A DNA stretch of 64,000 bases from Sulfurimonas sp. GTDB lineage: Bacteria; Campylobacterota; Campylobacteria; Campylobacterales; Sulfurimonadaceae. The position numbers and the translations under genes were made by a program. This document shows, piece by piece, positions 8,666-17,309 of this stretch. How positions within the stretch are numbered: position 1 is the first letter of the stretch; every line of letters starts with the position of its first letter. The notes under the pieces are model-generated. The model was not told the DNA's origin and did no database searches. It saw only the letters and a list, made by a program, of their open reading frames with translations. The stretch covers positions 178,501 through 242,500 of the forward strand of contig NZ_JAQTOD010000002.1 of NCBI RefSeq assembly GCF_028713515.1, in the 5' to 3' direction.

Positions 8666-9392
8666 AGCTTATAAATGCCTTTGGTTCTGGCGCTGTAAAC
8701 TCCATTCCGAGAATTCTTACTTTATACGCATGAAGCATAACTCGCTTTGCTCGTCTGCCTCCGTACTGCTCATCTCCAACAATTGGATGCTCGATATATC
8801 TTAAGTGAGTTCTAATCTGATGGGTTCTTCCATGATGGATAATACATCTCACTTTTGTCTTGTTTGCGCTTACAATATCTGGGGTTACTTCAGTTCTCGC
8901 AGGTTTTCCTTTACTTGAGACATTTGATGTTGCACGATTATTTTTTTTAGTTGTTAGAATCGGTTTATCGATTTCAACAGGCTCTGAGATAATTCCCTCG
9001 ACCCAAGCTATATACTCTTTATAAACTCTATCTTTTTTAAACTCCATTATAGCTTTTTCTCTAAACTCTTCATTTTTTACAAGCATCAAAACACCGCTTG
9101 TCTCACGATCAAGTCTATGCAGAAGCTGTGCGCCTTTGAATTGTCTCTCTATCTCATCAGAGTTCACAAAAGCAGGTTTATCAACTACAATTAAGTCACT
9201 ATTTTCAAAAATAGGTTTAATTTTTTCTACTTTTTCTACTTTAAATGTTGTATCAACACTCAAATCACCACGAGCTATCATAACTTTTTTATTGCCAACA
9301 TAAACCAATCCGCGGTCTATCATGGACTTTGCTTCAGAATTTGAGATTCCCTCTTGTATTGCCAATAACTTATATGCTTTTTCTTGTGTCAT
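8658..9392 (-). CDS. RluA-family pseudouridine synthase with S4 domain
   Basis: HRLDRETSGVLML catalytic motif, N-terminal S4-like segment, HQIR motif. Confidence 0.9.
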   Translation of the reverse strand: MTQEKAYKLLAIQEGISNSEAKSMIDRGLVYVGNKKVMIARGDLSVDTTFKVEKVEKIKPIFENSDLIVVDKPAFVNSDEIERQFKGAQLLHRLDRETSGVLMLVKNEEFREKAIMEFKKDRVYKEYIAWVEGIISEPVEIDKPILTTKKNNRATSNVSSKGKPARTEVTPDIVSANKTKVRCIIHHGRTHQIRTHLRYIEHPIVGDEQYGGRRAKRVMLHAYKVRILGMEFTAPEPKAFISFE

Positions 9393-9393
9393 T

Positions 9394-10566
9394 TTAATTC
9401 CTTAATTCTAATATTCTCTTTATCACTGGAGCTAGATTTATCTTCTCTTCCACCATGCTGTTTGGCAAATTCTTTGCTATTATCAGAGCTTTGTGAATCT
9501 CATCTGGCTCAACATATTGAACATGGTGGACATACTTAAAAAGCTCTCTTTGGTGAAAAAAATGCTTTCCTGTTATTATTTTACATCCAAAAAAAGCTGG
9601 CTCTAGCGGATTGTGTCCGCCTACATCATCTTTAAATGCACCGCCTAAAATTGCTATATCACTAATCGCGTAGATATTATTTAACTCGCCCATGGCATCA
9701 ACTAAAATCATATCTGTTTCAAACTCTCTACTTTGAGAAAATTTACTTAATGTTAGAGCATTTTTTTGTGCATACTCACTCATAAGCTCAAATACTTTTT
9801 TAAATCTCTCTGGATGTCTTGGAACTATTACCAATTTTGCATCATAGAGTTTTCTGTACTCAACAAATGATTTTAAGACACTCTCTTCTTCGCCCTCATG
9901 AGTGCTTCCAGCAACAATCAACTCACTCTCTGGCTTTGTATACTCTTTTGATTTAACGATTTCACCAGCGAGTTTAATGTTGCCAATAACCTCAATATTT
10001 CTAGCTCCAAGAGCAATAAAACGATTTTTATCAACTTCGCTCTGTGCATAAATTATCTCTACTTGAGAGAGAATTTTTTTATAAAACCAAGCAAATTGTA
10101 GATATTTTTTTACACTCTTCTCAGATATTCGAGCATTTAAAAGGATAATTCTACTCCCCTTTGCTCTCATTACACTAAAAAGCATAAACCAAAATTCCGC
10201 CTCGAGCACCACAAGAACTCTCTGTTTTTTGGTCCAAAATGGCAAAAACATCTCATAAGGCAGGTATCTAACTTCGGCACTGTATTTTTTTGCTTCAGCT
10301 TGTCCGGTGTGAGTTATGGTTGTTATTTTTATCTCACTATCACGAAGTTGCTCCAAGATAGGTTTTAACGCTCTAGCTTCTCCAAGTGAGCAGACATGAA
10401 ACCAGATGCCATCACCGTTTTTAAACCTAGAATTTTTAAAAAGAAAAAAACGAGCAGGGATTGATTCTTTGTATTTTTGTTTAAATGAGAGATAAATCAG
10501 AAGAGGAAGCGCTATAAAATATAACGCAACACTCAAGATGAAATAGAGAAGTGTAAAAGGCTTCAA
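9394..10566 (-). CDS. waaA: 3-deoxy-D-manno-octulosonic acid transferase
   Basis: N-terminal TM helix, WFHVCSLGEARAL motif, 390 aa. Neighbours match the H. pylori kdtA locus as I recall it. Confidence 0.9.
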   Translation of the reverse strand: MKPFTLLYFILSVALYFIALPLLIYLSFKQKYKESIPARFFLFKNSRFKNGDGIWFHVCSLGEARALKPILEQLRDSEIKITTITHTGQAEAKKYSAEVRYLPYEMFLPFWTKKQRVLVVLEAEFWFMLFSVMRAKGSRIILLNARISEKSVKKYLQFAWFYKKILSQVEIIYAQSEVDKNRFIALGARNIEVIGNIKLAGEIVKSKEYTKPESELIVAGSTHEGEEESVLKSFVEYRKLYDAKLVIVPRHPERFKKVFELMSEYAQKNALTLSKFSQSREFETDMILVDAMGELNNIYAISDIAILGGAFKDDVGGHNPLEPAFFGCKIITGKHFFHQRELFKYVHHVQYVEPDEIHKALIIAKNLPNSMVEEKINLAPVIKRILELRN

Positions 10567-10569
10567 GCC

Positions 10570-11280
10570 CTACTCTTGTATTTCCAAATAGAGGATACGG
10601 CCACAATGAGGGCAAGTTGTAATCTCTTCAGCTCTTATAACATCAGCATAAATTTTATCGCTTATAAGCATATTACAGCCCATACAAGCTTGATCTTCAA
10701 CTGCTACAACTGTGCTATTTTTAGCCCATCTGCGGATTTTTTGATAAAAAGCTAAACCTTTTTGGTTCATTTCAGATATTAGTTTCTCTTTTTTCATAAA
10801 AACATCTTGACGAGAGTTGTTGATTACTTCAAGTTTTGCATCAACTTCTTCTCTAACAGATGTCAAGTTAGCTTCTAAATCAATAAGTGATTTTTTTGCC
10901 GCTTCAACTTGCTCTGTTTTTAAATCTATAATTCTCTCAAGTCTATCTATCTCTTCATTTGCAAAAGTTACCTGCTCTTTAGCAATTTCTTCTTCAAGCT
11001 GAAGTGATTTCATCTCTCGTTCTGTTTTTATCTCGCCACTTTTTTTACTATTGTCACTTAATTTTTTAGAAAGATCTTGAAGGTGCATCTCATTTTTTTG
11101 TTTTTTGATCTGCTCATCTTTAATCTCTTTTGTAAGATTTTCAACATCTGAATCAATACTCTGTTTTTTAGCTAAAGCAGCTTCTAGTTTGTATCTTGCT
11201 TCTTCTATTTGAGGCTCAAAAGCATCTATCTCTTTATCTATTTGTGACAAGCTTACTAGCTGTTTAATATGTAGGTTCAT
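10570..11280 (-). CDS. coiled-coil protein with C-terminal C4 zinc ribbon (COG1579; H. pylori HP0958-like)
   Basis: Long heptad-rich region followed by CMGCN...CPHCGRILY. Sits between waaA and Nif3, as HP0958 does. Confidence 0.75.
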   Translation of the reverse strand: MNLHIKQLVSLSQIDKEIDAFEPQIEEARYKLEAALAKKQSIDSDVENLTKEIKDEQIKKQKNEMHLQDLSKKLSDNSKKSGEIKTEREMKSLQLEEEIAKEQVTFANEEIDRLERIIDLKTEQVEAAKKSLIDLEANLTSVREEVDAKLEVINNSRQDVFMKKEKLISEMNQKGLAFYQKIRRWAKNSTVVAVEDQACMGCNMLISDKIYADVIRAEEITTCPHCGRILYLEIQE

Positions 11281-11314
11281 TAATCTCCTTTTAGATTATT
11301 GCGCTACCTTTTAC

Positions 11315-12037
11315 TTAAATATAAGTAAAAGGATTTTTTGATGATGAAATTATAGCTTCTAAACCTAAATTTTTCAAATGAAGCGATAAAATCTCCGCAA
11401 AAAATCTCTCACTCTCAAAATGTCCTATGTCTATAAGTGAGATGTTTATGCTTGCTGCTTCCATTGCGTCGTGGTATTTAATATCTCCTGTTAAAAAGCA
11501 GTCAGCATCTATAGATTTTAACAACGAACAGCCGGAACCAGTTACCAAAGCCGCCCTTTTTACAAAATCTGAACTCTTTACACACTTTGCAAAAGGAAGC
11601 GAAAAGACGCAAGAGACTTTTTTTGCAAAAGAGTCAAAATCTTCATTTACCTCCAAATATGCGACAAAACCATCTTTGTGTGAGATTTTATATCCCAAAA
11701 CTTTGGTTGCAACATAATCATTTAGATGTGTTTGGTCAAAATTTGTGTGCATCGCAATATTTGAGATGTTTTTTTGTACCATTTTTTTAATCAAATTTGC
11801 AGGATATTTACTAAATTCCAACTGCTTAAGTCCACCAAATATAAGCGGATGATGCGTTATAAGAAGTGAGTTTTCCTCCATCGAATCAACTAGTGCTTCA
11901 TCAACATCGATACTTAGGACTATTTTTTTGACATCTTGATTAAAATCACCAATAAGTAGTCCTGAGTTATCCCAAGACTCCTGAAGAGAAAACGGCGATA
12001 GATTGTTTAAAAAATCATATACTTGTGATATTTTCAT
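11315..12037 (-). CDS. Nif3-like dinuclear metal centre protein
   Basis: N-terminal SWDNSGLLIG, THHPLIF, C-terminal GHFESE motifs. Confidence 0.87.
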   Translation of the reverse strand: MKISQVYDFLNNLSPFSLQESWDNSGLLIGDFNQDVKKIVLSIDVDEALVDSMEENSLLITHHPLIFGGLKQLEFSKYPANLIKKMVQKNISNIAMHTNFDQTHLNDYVATKVLGYKISHKDGFVAYLEVNEDFDSFAKKVSCVFSLPFAKCVKSSDFVKRAALVTGSGCSLLKSIDADCFLTGDIKYHDAMEAASINISLIDIGHFESERFFAEILSLHLKNLGLEAIISSSKNPFTYI

Positions 12038-12114
12038 TAAGTTCGCTCCGTAGTGGCTATATTTATGTATTAGCAGTTAAAGTATTGTAACCGAACAATT
12101 TTAAAAAAAATATA

Positions 12115-12525
12115 CTAAATCATATACATTATCTGTCTACTTCGCTCATAGTTTTTAAGTTCCGTTAATGGGATGTTAAATATATCGCGCACTTTCTCCT
12201 GTTTTTCTTTCCAGAAAAGATTCAGCACATCGTTGTCACTTTGGATTACGCCATCATTGCAAAGGCCTCCCTCTAGTGCATTGATAATATCATATATCAT
12301 TATCTCTTTTGGGTCTTTTTGAAGCATATAACCGCCGCTAGCTCCTCTAACGCTTTTTACAAGACCATCTCGTTTTAAAATAACTAAAATCTGCTCAAGA
12401 TAATTTTTAGGAATATTTGCTTTATCTGCAATCTCTTTAATTTGGATAGCTACACCCTTATCACTTTGCATAAGTTGATACATTGCGGCGAGTCCATATT
12501 TGCCCTTTGAGCTTATTCCTGACAT
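12115..12525 (-). CDS. Rrf2-family transcriptional regulator (single Cys, CymR-like)
   Basis: SSKGKYGLAAM...YLEQILVILKRDGLVKSVRGASGGY winged-helix signature. Contains only one cysteine. Confidence 0.85.
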   Translation of the reverse strand: MSGISSKGKYGLAAMYQLMQSDKGVAIQIKEIADKANIPKNYLEQILVILKRDGLVKSVRGASGGYMLQKDPKEIMIYDIINALEGGLCNDGVIQSDNDVLNLFWKEKQEKVRDIFNIPLTELKNYERSRQIMYMI

Positions 12526-12535
12526 AGCGGATTCC

Positions 12536-12970
12536 TTAAATTATATTGAAATGTCGTAATATTTGATAAAATTTACAGCCTATGCAGTAGTTAAAAAGTG
12601 CTTCCAACCCAGCGCATACAGCCAGAATTATAGCAAAAATAGTTGCGACATCACTTAATCCTAAAACTACACTCACAACAATAATCAATGCAAATACAAA
12701 TCCAATCTTTGAAGCAAAAAGCTTAGGTCCAGAATCTATAAGCAACTTCTTGATAGCAAAAAATTTTAACACTCCAATAGCAATATGCACAAGAGGGCTT
12801 AACTTTGGAGATATAAAAAGCCTTACCGTAAAATCATATAACAATAAAAAAGGGATAGGACTCCATTTTGTACCAACAAATACCACAGCTATCAATGTAA
12901 TGAGTAGTGCTTGAATTCTAATCTGATTTTCATTGATTTTACGAAAATTAACAGGACATGCTTTTGCCAA
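12536..12970 (-). CDS. DUF4395-like small membrane protein
   Basis: 144 aa with about 4 TM segments, N-terminal CPVN and C-terminal CIGCKFY. The family assignment is from memory. Confidence 0.5.
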   Translation of the reverse strand: MAKACPVNFRKINENQIRIQALLITLIAVVFVGTKWSPIPFLLLYDFTVRLFISPKLSPLVHIAIGVLKFFAIKKLLIDSGPKLFASKIGFVFALIIVVSVVLGLSDVATIFAIILAVCAGLEALFNYCIGCKFYQILRHFNII

Positions 12971-12974
12971 AATG

Positions 12975-14237
12975 CTATCCTAACGCTTTTTTAAGATCAG
13001 CAATCAAATCAGCACTATCTTCAAGACCTATGCTTAGTCTTATCATTCCGGGCCTAATACCAGCTTTTAGCTGCTCATCCGTTGCAATCTGCTGGTGTGT
13101 AGTTGAAGCAGGATGTATAATTAGTGATTTGGAATCCCCTATATTTACAACGATAGAAAATAGTTCTGTTTTGTTTATCAACTCTTTCGCGGTGTCAAAA
13201 TCTTCAACATCAAAATTAATAAGTCCACTAACATGCCCTTTAGGAAAATACTTTTTAGCTTTCTCATGTTGAGAATCGCTCTCAAGCCCAGGATAACTTA
13301 CATTTTTTACTTTTTTATGAGATTTTAAAAACTTTGCAACATCAAGTGCATTTCTTGAGTGCTCTTTCATGCGTATATGAAGTGTCTCTAAGCTCTGAAT
13401 CAAAAGCCAGCTATTAAATGGAGCCGGAGTGGCGCCTATATCGCGGAGCAGATTCAACCTCACCCTTAAAGAAAATGGTGGAAATGGAAGATCCGTATAT
13501 ACTAAACCATGGTAGCTTGCATCTGGTTCATTAAAGTGACTATATCTGCTGCTGTCCTTAAAAAAATCTCTAAGTCCGTCTCTCTCAACTATTACGCCGC
13601 CCAAAGCAAGACCTTGTCCTGAGATATATTTACTTGTGCTGTGCACAACTATATCAACGCCATGCTCTAGTGGGTTTAAGAGTGCAGGAGAGGCAACTGT
13701 ATTGTCACATATAGTCAAAATTTTATGTTTTTTTGCGATATTGACAATACCATCTATATCAGCGATAGTAATTTGCGGATTAGATATGCTCTCAAAAAAT
13801 ATGGCTTTTGTCTTATCATCTATCAATGCTTCTAGAGTTGTTGGATTATCCACATCAAAAATTTTTGCAGTTATTCCAAAACGCTTCATTGTATGAATCG
13901 TAAGTGTTACTGTTCCACCGTAGAGTTTATTTGATATAAGTATATTGTCACCAGCCTCTGCAACATTTGCTAACGAATAAAAAATTGCTGATTGTCCACT
14001 TGCTGTAGCAATAGCAGCAACTCCTCCTTCTAGTGCAGCGATACGCTCCTCTAAAAGATTAGAGGTAGGATTTGCAAGTCTTGTATAGATATTACCTAAC
14101 TCTTTTAATGAGAAACGATTAGCTGCCTGCTCTGCGCTCTCAAACTCGTAAGAGGTACTCTGATAAATAGGAGCAGCCATTGTCATGTTAGAATCCTTGT
14201 TATATCCATAATGAATAGCTATTGTATTTTTGTCCAT
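12975..14237 (-). CDS. metY: O-acetylhomoserine sulfhydrylase (Cys/Met-metabolism PLP enzyme)
   Basis: 420 aa; HSTSKYISGQG PLP-lysine motif; YTRLANPT; IRLSIGLED. Confidence 0.9.
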   Translation of the reverse strand: MDKNTIAIHYGYNKDSNMTMAAPIYQSTSYEFESAEQAANRFSLKELGNIYTRLANPTSNLLEERIAALEGGVAAIATASGQSAIFYSLANVAEAGDNILISNKLYGGTVTLTIHTMKRFGITAKIFDVDNPTTLEALIDDKTKAIFFESISNPQITIADIDGIVNIAKKHKILTICDNTVASPALLNPLEHGVDIVVHSTSKYISGQGLALGGVIVERDGLRDFFKDSSRYSHFNEPDASYHGLVYTDLPFPPFSLRVRLNLLRDIGATPAPFNSWLLIQSLETLHIRMKEHSRNALDVAKFLKSHKKVKNVSYPGLESDSQHEKAKKYFPKGHVSGLINFDVEDFDTAKELINKTELFSIVVNIGDSKSLIIHPASTTHQQIATDEQLKAGIRPGMIRLSIGLEDSADLIADLKKALG

Positions 14238-14263
14238 GTTGACTCCTTTAATTTATTAATAGA

Positions 14264-14292
14264 AGTATAGATAAATAAAAGATTAATGTCAA
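14264..14292 (-). promoter_or_regulatory. near-consensus sigma70 promoter of metY operon
   Basis: Minus strand reads TTGACA, a 17-nt spacer, then TATACT. An AAAGGAG Shine-Dalgarno lies 6 nt before the metY ATG. Confidence 0.6.
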
Positions 14293-14455
14293 GTAAACTA
14301 CTCTGTATTGTTGTTATTAAATAATTATGTTAGCAAACCTAGTGCAGGCAAGGGTTTAAAGTGGTTTGTTGTAACTTTGTAATGCAATATTTTGATTATT
14401 TTTATGTGCAAGAAGTTTTAATTTAAAAATAATTGCATAAGTTTTTTGAGTGACT

Positions 14456-15022
14456 TCAAGTTAATTTTACCAACTCAGCACTAGCTTCCCTAAAGTCTGG
14501 ATCAATCTCTAGGGCTTTTTTATACATCTCTTTTGCTCCATCAATTTTTTGCATATCAACTAAAAGATTTCCATAGTTATAGTATGTTATTTTGTTTTTG
14601 TCATCGAGTGCCAGTGAATCATCAAGATGTATTTTTGCAGATACAAATTCGCCGTTTGCTCTATAAACACTCGCTATTGAGTTATGTATAAACTCATTAT
14701 TTTTATCAAGTGAAAGTGCTTCTTTATAGTACTTTAGTGCCTCAGTGTTGTTATTTTGCTTTTGTAAAATATATCCTGTTTTAAACAAAATCTCTGAATC
14801 ATCTGGTTTTTTAGTGGCTGCTTCACTAAGCAGTTCAATTGCTTTTTTCATATCGTTTGCCCCAAACGCCTCATCCGCCTGCTCCACTAAACTATGCGCA
14901 TCAAAACTAGATGACAAAGTATCACTTTTTACCTCTGGGTCTTGAAGTCCCTGAACATGCTCGTAAATTCTATATGCAAAATAAGCAGAAATTGCCAATA
15001 GTACTATTTGAAAAATCGTCAT
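14456..15022 (-). CDS. membrane-anchored TPR-repeat protein
   Basis: N-terminal TM helix followed by repeated A..YYK.AL..D TPR units. Confidence 0.75.
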   Translation of the reverse strand: MTIFQIVLLAISAYFAYRIYEHVQGLQDPEVKSDTLSSSFDAHSLVEQADEAFGANDMKKAIELLSEAATKKPDDSEILFKTGYILQKQNNNTEALKYYKEALSLDKNNEFIHNSIASVYRANGEFVSAKIHLDDSLALDDKNKITYYNYGNLLVDMQKIDGAKEMYKKALEIDPDFREASAELVKLT

Positions 15023-15474
15023 TAAATATCCTTTAAACTTCTAGCGACATCTCGCTTCATATCTTTTTCTTTGAGGTCATTTCTCTTATCATGCAGCTGT
15101 TTTCCTTTTGCGATTGCTATCTGAATCTTTACGATATTTCTATCATTAAAGTAGAGTTGAAGTGGCACAATAGTGTACCCATCTCTCTCAACCGCTTTTA
15201 TCAGTTTAGCAATCTCTTTTTTATGAAGAAGCAGTTTTCTACTTCCTCTTTCTTCATGTGTGTAGAAGTGATGTGTTGTCTCAAGTCTTCCTATGTGAGC
15301 ATTAAAAAGTATCGCTTCGCCTTTTATAAAACGGATAAAACTATCTTTTATGTTTACTCTTGAAGCCCTGATACCCTTAACTTCGCTTCCCTGAAGAACC
15401 AAGCCTGCTTCATATTTCTCTTCTATAAAATAGTCAAAAAAGGCTTTTTTATTTTTTGCTATTGTCTCGCCCAT
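15022..15474 (-). CDS. smpB: SsrA-binding protein SmpB
   Basis: NKKAFFDY...LQGSEVK...[10 protein letters not shown] is canonical SmpB. Confidence 0.95.
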   Translation of the reverse strand: MGETIAKNKKAFFDYFIEEKYEAGLVLQGSEVKGIRASRVNIKDSFIRFIKGEAILFNAHIGRLETTHHFYTHEERGSRKLLLHKKEIAKLIKAVERDGYTIVPLQLYFNDRNIVKIQIAIAKGKQLHDKRNDLKEKDMKRDVARSLKDI

Positions 15475-16259
15475 TATCTCTCTCTTTTGTCTTTTGCTTT
15501 AAAAAAACTGCTTCCGCTGCCGCTAAAATAGTATCCATCTTTTACATAACTCTTTAACTCGCTATACTCATAAAGAGCAGGCTTAAAAAGGTCGTTTGCT
15601 TCGTCTGCACTCATGCTTTCGAGCACCTCTAAAGAGCTCATTTTTTTTAACTCTTGCACTTTAGTATCATCTACAGGAGCATAAAAATTTTCTCTATACG
15701 CTTTGTAAACCCTAGGTGTGCTTATCTCTAATTTTGGAGTATATATCTCAAAATCAAGCGCATCTTCTTTAAACTCTTCTACGATTTCTCCGATTCCGCT
15801 TACATTTGCACTCTCATAATCATAAACAAAAAATGCAACATCTGCTCCAATGTTTGAACCAATAACAGCTAACTCATCTCTACTTAGCCCAAGAGCTAGG
15901 ATTTCGTTGCACATTTTTAGATATGTTGCTGCATCACTACTTCCACCACCAAGCCCTGCGAACGCTGGGATTTTTTTCTCTACATGAATGGCATTTTTTT
16001 TCATAAAGTCTATAAGAGGTTGCGACAAGGTTACATCTAGTAGCGCTCTGTATGCTTTATATATCGTATTTTGCTCAGTTGTGCAGGAAAAATCGCCAAC
16101 TATCATAAACTCATCACTCTCTTGTTTTGCCTCAAACCAAAGCTCATCATAAAGCGAATTTACTCTAATAAACCTTGAGATTATCTCATGATAAGCATCT
16201 CTTTTACCAGTTATTTTCAAAAAGATATTTACTTTAGCATAGGCTCTATAGTTATTCAT
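15474..16259 (-). CDS. ispE: 4-diphosphocytidyl-2-C-methyl-D-erythritol kinase
   Basis: [28 protein letters not shown]-kinase motif. Confidence 0.9.
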   Translation of the reverse strand: MNNYRAYAKVNIFLKITGKRDAYHEIISRFIRVNSLYDELWFEAKQESDEFMIVGDFSCTTEQNTIYKAYRALLDVTLSQPLIDFMKKNAIHVEKKIPAFAGLGGGSSDAATYLKMCNEILALGLSRDELAVIGSNIGADVAFFVYDYESANVSGIGEIVEEFKEDALDFEIYTPKLEISTPRVYKAYRENFYAPVDDTKVQELKKMSSLEVLESMSADEANDLFKPALYEYSELKSYVKDGYYFSGSGSSFFKAKDKRER

Positions 16260-16263
16260 AATA

Positions 16264-16494
16264 CTATTTTTTGATAAAAGAACTTAAAAGGTTTAACTCA
16301 TCCGGCGTCATCTCTTTAGAAGAAGCAATGTTTGCATCTTTCACATCATCAAGCAGTTCACTTCTGACAATAGAGATATTTTTTGGAGCATCTATGCCAA
16401 TCTTTACAACACCCTTATCAATAGATATGATTTTTATGATTATGTCGCCGTCCAAAACAATCGACTCATCCAATTTTCTAGCCAATACTAACAT
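16264..16494 (-). CDS. csrA: carbon storage regulator CsrA
   Basis: MLVLARKLDESIVL...GIDAPKNISIVRSEL; 76 aa. Confidence 0.92.
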   Translation of the reverse strand: MLVLARKLDESIVLDGDIIIKIISIDKGVVKIGIDAPKNISIVRSELLDDVKDANIASSKEMTPDELNLLSSFIKK

Positions 16495-17309
16495 TTAATC
16501 CTGCCTAATTCGTATTTTACTTCTCTGTCAACTACCCTTATAATCGAGATAGCGTCCTCATTTTCAAGCCAATAATACCCATCTTCTTTAGTTTTTAAAT
16601 CCTCTAAAGCAAGAACTCTTCCATATTTTAGGTTATCACTATTACCTATATAAAAATTTTGTGACATATTTAGAGATTTTTTGATGTCTAAAATTTCCTC
16701 ATCATTGTAGCGAAATTGTCCCTCTCTTAGTCTCTCCAAGGCACTAAGACTTCCAGAATCCAATCCAAGTCTAGTTGCTATGATTTTACCAAGTGAGCGG
16801 ATATATGTCCCCTCTGAAACAGTGGCTTCAAAGGTTACAAATGGATGGCAATAGCTAATGAGCTTCGTCTCGTAGATAGTTGAGTCTATTTTGTTTAGCG
16901 TAAACTCTTTACCAGCTCTTGCTAAGTCGTACGCTCTTTGCCCATCTATACGCTTTGCACTAAATATTGGCGGATCGTACTTAAGTTCGCCTTCTAAAGA
17001 TTTGACAGCAGACTCAACTCTCTCTCGGTCAAACTCTTTTAAAATCTCAACGCTCTCTATCATCTCTAGGTCCAGCGTATCGCTCTTTGCGCCCAGCCAA
17101 AGGGTTGCACGATACACTTTTGGCGTTTTATTTAAAAAACGAAATAGCTTTGTGTAGGTTCCAAAACCAACTAGAAGCACACCTTTTGCAAATGGATCAA
17201 GAGTTCCAGAGAAACCAGCCTTTTTTACGCCGTATTTTCGTTTTATTTTTGATAAAAAAAGATTTGAGCCAATATTTGTTGGCTTGTACGCAACAAAGAG
17301 TCTGTTCAT
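16488..17309 (-). CDS. truB: tRNA pseudouridine(55) synthase
   Basis: GFSGTLDPFAKGVL catalytic Asp motif, GTYIRSL. Confidence 0.9.
   Translation of the reverse strand: MNRLFVAYKPTNIGSNLFLSKIKRKYGVKKAGFSGTLDPFAKGVLLVGFGTYTKLFRFLNKTPKVYRATLWLGAKSDTLDLEMIESVEILKEFDRERVESAVKSLEGELKYDPPIFSAKRIDGQRAYDLARAGKEFTLNKIDSTIYETKLISYCHPFVTFEATVSEGTYIRSLGKIIATRLGLDSGSLSALERLREGQFRYNDEEILDIKKSLNMSQNFYIGNSDNLKYGRVLALEDLKTKEDGYYWLENEDAISIIRVVDREVKYELGRIKC

Noticed and set aside
14293-14455. Searched the long metY leader and upstream region for a SAM riboswitch. Also searched upstream of lysA (L-box), moeA and the FdhF-like gene (Moco riboswitch), and the CNNM gene (M-box).
   Set aside because: The leaders are too short (about 25-90 nt) or lack the conserved helices and GC-rich cores of those riboswitch classes. 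Only AT-rich imperfect repeats are present.
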